A DNA stretch of 63,246 bases, the filler included. It is 8 parts of 8 records of this genome, joined end to end, with 100 filler letters (N's around TTAATTAATTAA, not from the genome) between each part and the next. Parts side by side here need not be neighbours in the genome. Positions count along the whole stretch, not along the records: positions 58,260 to 63,246 come from SRR11831585_1056; 7 more parts are not named here. The stretch is one strand, 5' to 3'. A model generated the notes under the pieces. It was not told where the DNA came from. It made no database searches and was given only the letters and a program-made list of their open reading frames with translations. Shown here piece after piece: positions 61,290 through 63,246 of the stretch (within the stretch, counting starts at the first letter, position 1; every line of letters starts with the position of its first letter). The position numbers were made by a program, and so were the translations under genes.

Positions 61290-61571
61290 TCAGCACGCTG
61301 GCTCATGGATTAAGCACCTGATTGCAACCGTTTTCACTTTCCGTGCTTCTCCTAAAGACAGAAGCATCGACTTCGTGTAGGGTTTGCCAGCAAATTTATT
61401 TATCAACCGTCTTACAGACGCTTCCATTCTGGTTAGTGGTAGCGATGATGCTATGCATAAAAACCTTGAAGCCTGCGCCTGGCGCGGTCAGGTCGGTGTC
61501 ACTATGGCAACAAGCCTAAAGGCATAACCCGACAGGGATAAGACGAAAAATCCGAGATTAGTTAACCATAT

Positions 61572-62729
61572 ATGAACCCAGTACCCGCGCAACGTGAATA
61601 TTTCCTCGACTCCATCCGCGCCTGGCTGATGTTGTTAGGGATACCTTTTCATATTTCTTTAATCTATTCGAGCCATACATGGCATGTGAATAGCGCCGAA
61701 TCATCATTGTGGCTGACCCTTTTTAATGACTTCATCCACTCGTTCCGCATGCAGGTATTTTTCGTTATATCCGGCTACTTTTCCTACATGCTTTTTTTAC
61801 GCTATCCCTTGAAAAAATGGTGGAAAGTACGTGTCGAACGTGTAGGTATCCCGATGTTAACAGCCATCCCCCTACTGACATTACCGCAATTTATTATGCT
61901 GCAATATGTCAAAGGAAAAGCGGAAAGTTGGCCTGGGCTGTCATTGTATGACAAATATAATACGTTGGCCTGGGAATTAATATCACACCTGTGGTTTTTA
62001 CTGGTGTTAGTGGTCATGACGACGCTGTGCGTATGGATATTTAAGCGCATCAGAAATAATTTAGAAAATTCTGATAAAACGAATAAAAAATTCTCGATGG
62101 TAAAACTATCGGTGATTTTTTTATGCCTCGGCATCGGTTATGCGGTAATAAGAAGAACGATTTTTATTGTGTATCCGCCCATTCTGAGTAATGGCATGTT
62201 CAATTTTATTGTCATGCAAACGCTGTTTTATTTGCCGTTCTTTATCCTCGGCGCACTGGCTTTCATTTTCCCTCATCTTAAAGCCTTGTTTACCACGCCG
62301 TCTCGTGGCTGTACCCTTGCAGCAGCATTGGCGTTTGTCGCTTATTTACTCAACCAGCGCTATGGCAGTGGCGATGCCTGGATGTACGAAACCGAGTCGG
62401 TGATCACCATGGTCCTCGGTCTGTGGATGGTGAATGTGGTCTTCTCCTTTGGCCACCGTTTGCTTAACTTCCAGTCAGCGCGGGTGACTTATTTTGTTAA
62501 CGCATCGCTGTTTATCTATCTGGTTCACCACCCGTTAACGCTGTTTTTCGGCGCATACATTACACCGCACATCACCTCCAACTGGCTTGGTTTTCTCTGT
62601 GGCCTGATATTTGTAGTAGGGATTGCGATAATTCTGTATGAAATTCATTTGCGCATCCCGTTACTGAAGTTTTTGTTCTCTGGTAAACCGGTTGTTAAGC
62701 GTGAGAACGATAAAGCACCAGCCCGTTAA
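61572..62729 (+). CDS. opgC: OPG succinyltransferase OpgC (MdoC)
   Basis: Acyltransferase-3 motifs [25 protein letters not shown]; 385 aa. Confidence 0.95.
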   Translation: MNPVPAQREYFLDSIRAWLMLLGIPFHISLIYSSHTWHVNSAESSLWLTLFNDFIHSFRMQVFFVISGYFSYMLFLRYPLKKWWKVRVERVGIPMLTAIPLLTLPQFIMLQYVKGKAESWPGLSLYDKYNTLAWELISHLWFLLVLVVMTTLCVWIFKRIRNNLENSDKTNKKFSMVKLSVIFLCLGIGYAVIRRTIFIVYPPILSNGMFNFIVMQTLFYLPFFILGALAFIFPHLKALFTTPSRGCTLAAALAFVAYLLNQRYGSGDAWMYETESVITMVLGLWMVNVVFSFGHRLLNFQSARVTYFVNASLFIYLVHHPLTLFFGAYITPHITSNWLGFLCGLIFVVGIAIILYEIHLRIPLLKFLFSGKPVVKRENDKAPAR

Positions 62730-62736
62730 GCCACAT

Positions 62737-63246
62737 TTACAATAACCATTCCACGGGCAATATCGACGCCAGTCTGACCATAACCCGCTTCCAGAAACTG
62801 GTGGCGGGTTCTTTTTTGAGAATAATCTCTTTCTTTGCATGACGATCAACCCAGTTGATCCGTCCCCACCTGTCCAGACGGAGCTGCCAGGCCGCATCAT
62901 ACTGGCTCTGAATAAAGCGTTTATCAATTAACTGTGCCAGCGTTTCGCTCTCTATCACGAAGCCCATTTCAGTATTGAGCAATGTTGAACGCGGATCGAA
63001 ATTGAAAGAGCCGATAAACACCGTTTTACCATCGATGCTAAAGGTTTTAGCATGCAGGCTGGCTCCGGAATTACCGGTTATGCCGCGATCGTGTAACGTA
63101 CTACTTTGTTCACGCGTCGGCTTGAGTTCATATAATTCCACGCCATAGCGGAGCAATTTTTTGCGCCAGCGCGCGTATCCGGCATGGACGACAGCAACAT
63201 CGTTAGCGGCAAGAGAATTGGTTAGGATCGCAATCTTTACCCCTTT
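62737..63246 (-). CDS. clsC: Cardiolipin synthase ClsC (YmdC), 3' part
   Basis: Second HKD motif LHAKTFSID...GSFNFDPRS; ends LASILPVEWLL; convergent with opgC. Confidence 0.93.
   Translation of the reverse strand, partial: KGVKIAILTNSLAANDVAVVHAGYARWRKKLLRYGVELYELKPTREQSSTLHDRGITGNSGASLHAKTFSIDGKTVFIGSFNFDPRSTLLNTEMGFVIESETLAQLIDKRFIQSQYDAAWQLRLDRWGRINWVDRHAKKEIILKKEPATSFWKRVMVRLASILPVEWLL

Noticed and set aside
61322..61519. 65-aa ORF in the opgG-opgC intergenic region
   Set aside because: TTG start without a clear RBS, no recognisable motif, and it lies in a divergent promoter region

Overview
This window is not one contiguous locus. It is eight unlinked draft-assembly contigs from an Escherichia coli K-12-like (phylogroup A type) genome, joined by identical 100-nt artificial spacers (N44-TTAATTAATTAA-N44). 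Contig 1 (1-16338): fumB'-yjdF-melBA-melR-adiAYC-eptA-basRS-pmrR-proP-yjcZ'. Contig 2 (16439-22153): livFGMHK-panZ. Contig 3 (22254-24536): otsA'-uspC and the flhDC upstream region. Contig 4 (24637-28067): Rac prophage recE'-recT-ralR/ralA-rcbA-xisR'. Contig 5 (28168-46603): yzgL-glgPACXB-asd-yhgN-gntUKR-yhhWX-ryhB-yhhY-yhhZ'. Contig 6 (46704-51844): atoC'-atoDAEB-yfaP'. Contig 7 (51945-58159): ybcF-ylbF-ylbE-fdrA-allD-allC'. Contig 8 (58260-63246): opgH'-opgG-opgC-clsC'. Nearly everything is recognisable, described E. coli sequence, and I found no previously undescribed multi-gene system. The points worth a second look are four single-base frameshifts (eptA, recE, yhhY, opgH) that look like homopolymer sequencing errors, an IS-free flhDC promoter region, a hairpin that may gate pmrR translation, a degenerate ERIC element, a carbamate kinase with an altered conserved motif, and an orphan Hcp-domain gene. 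Gene identifications come from recognising protein sequence and gene order; no database search was run.
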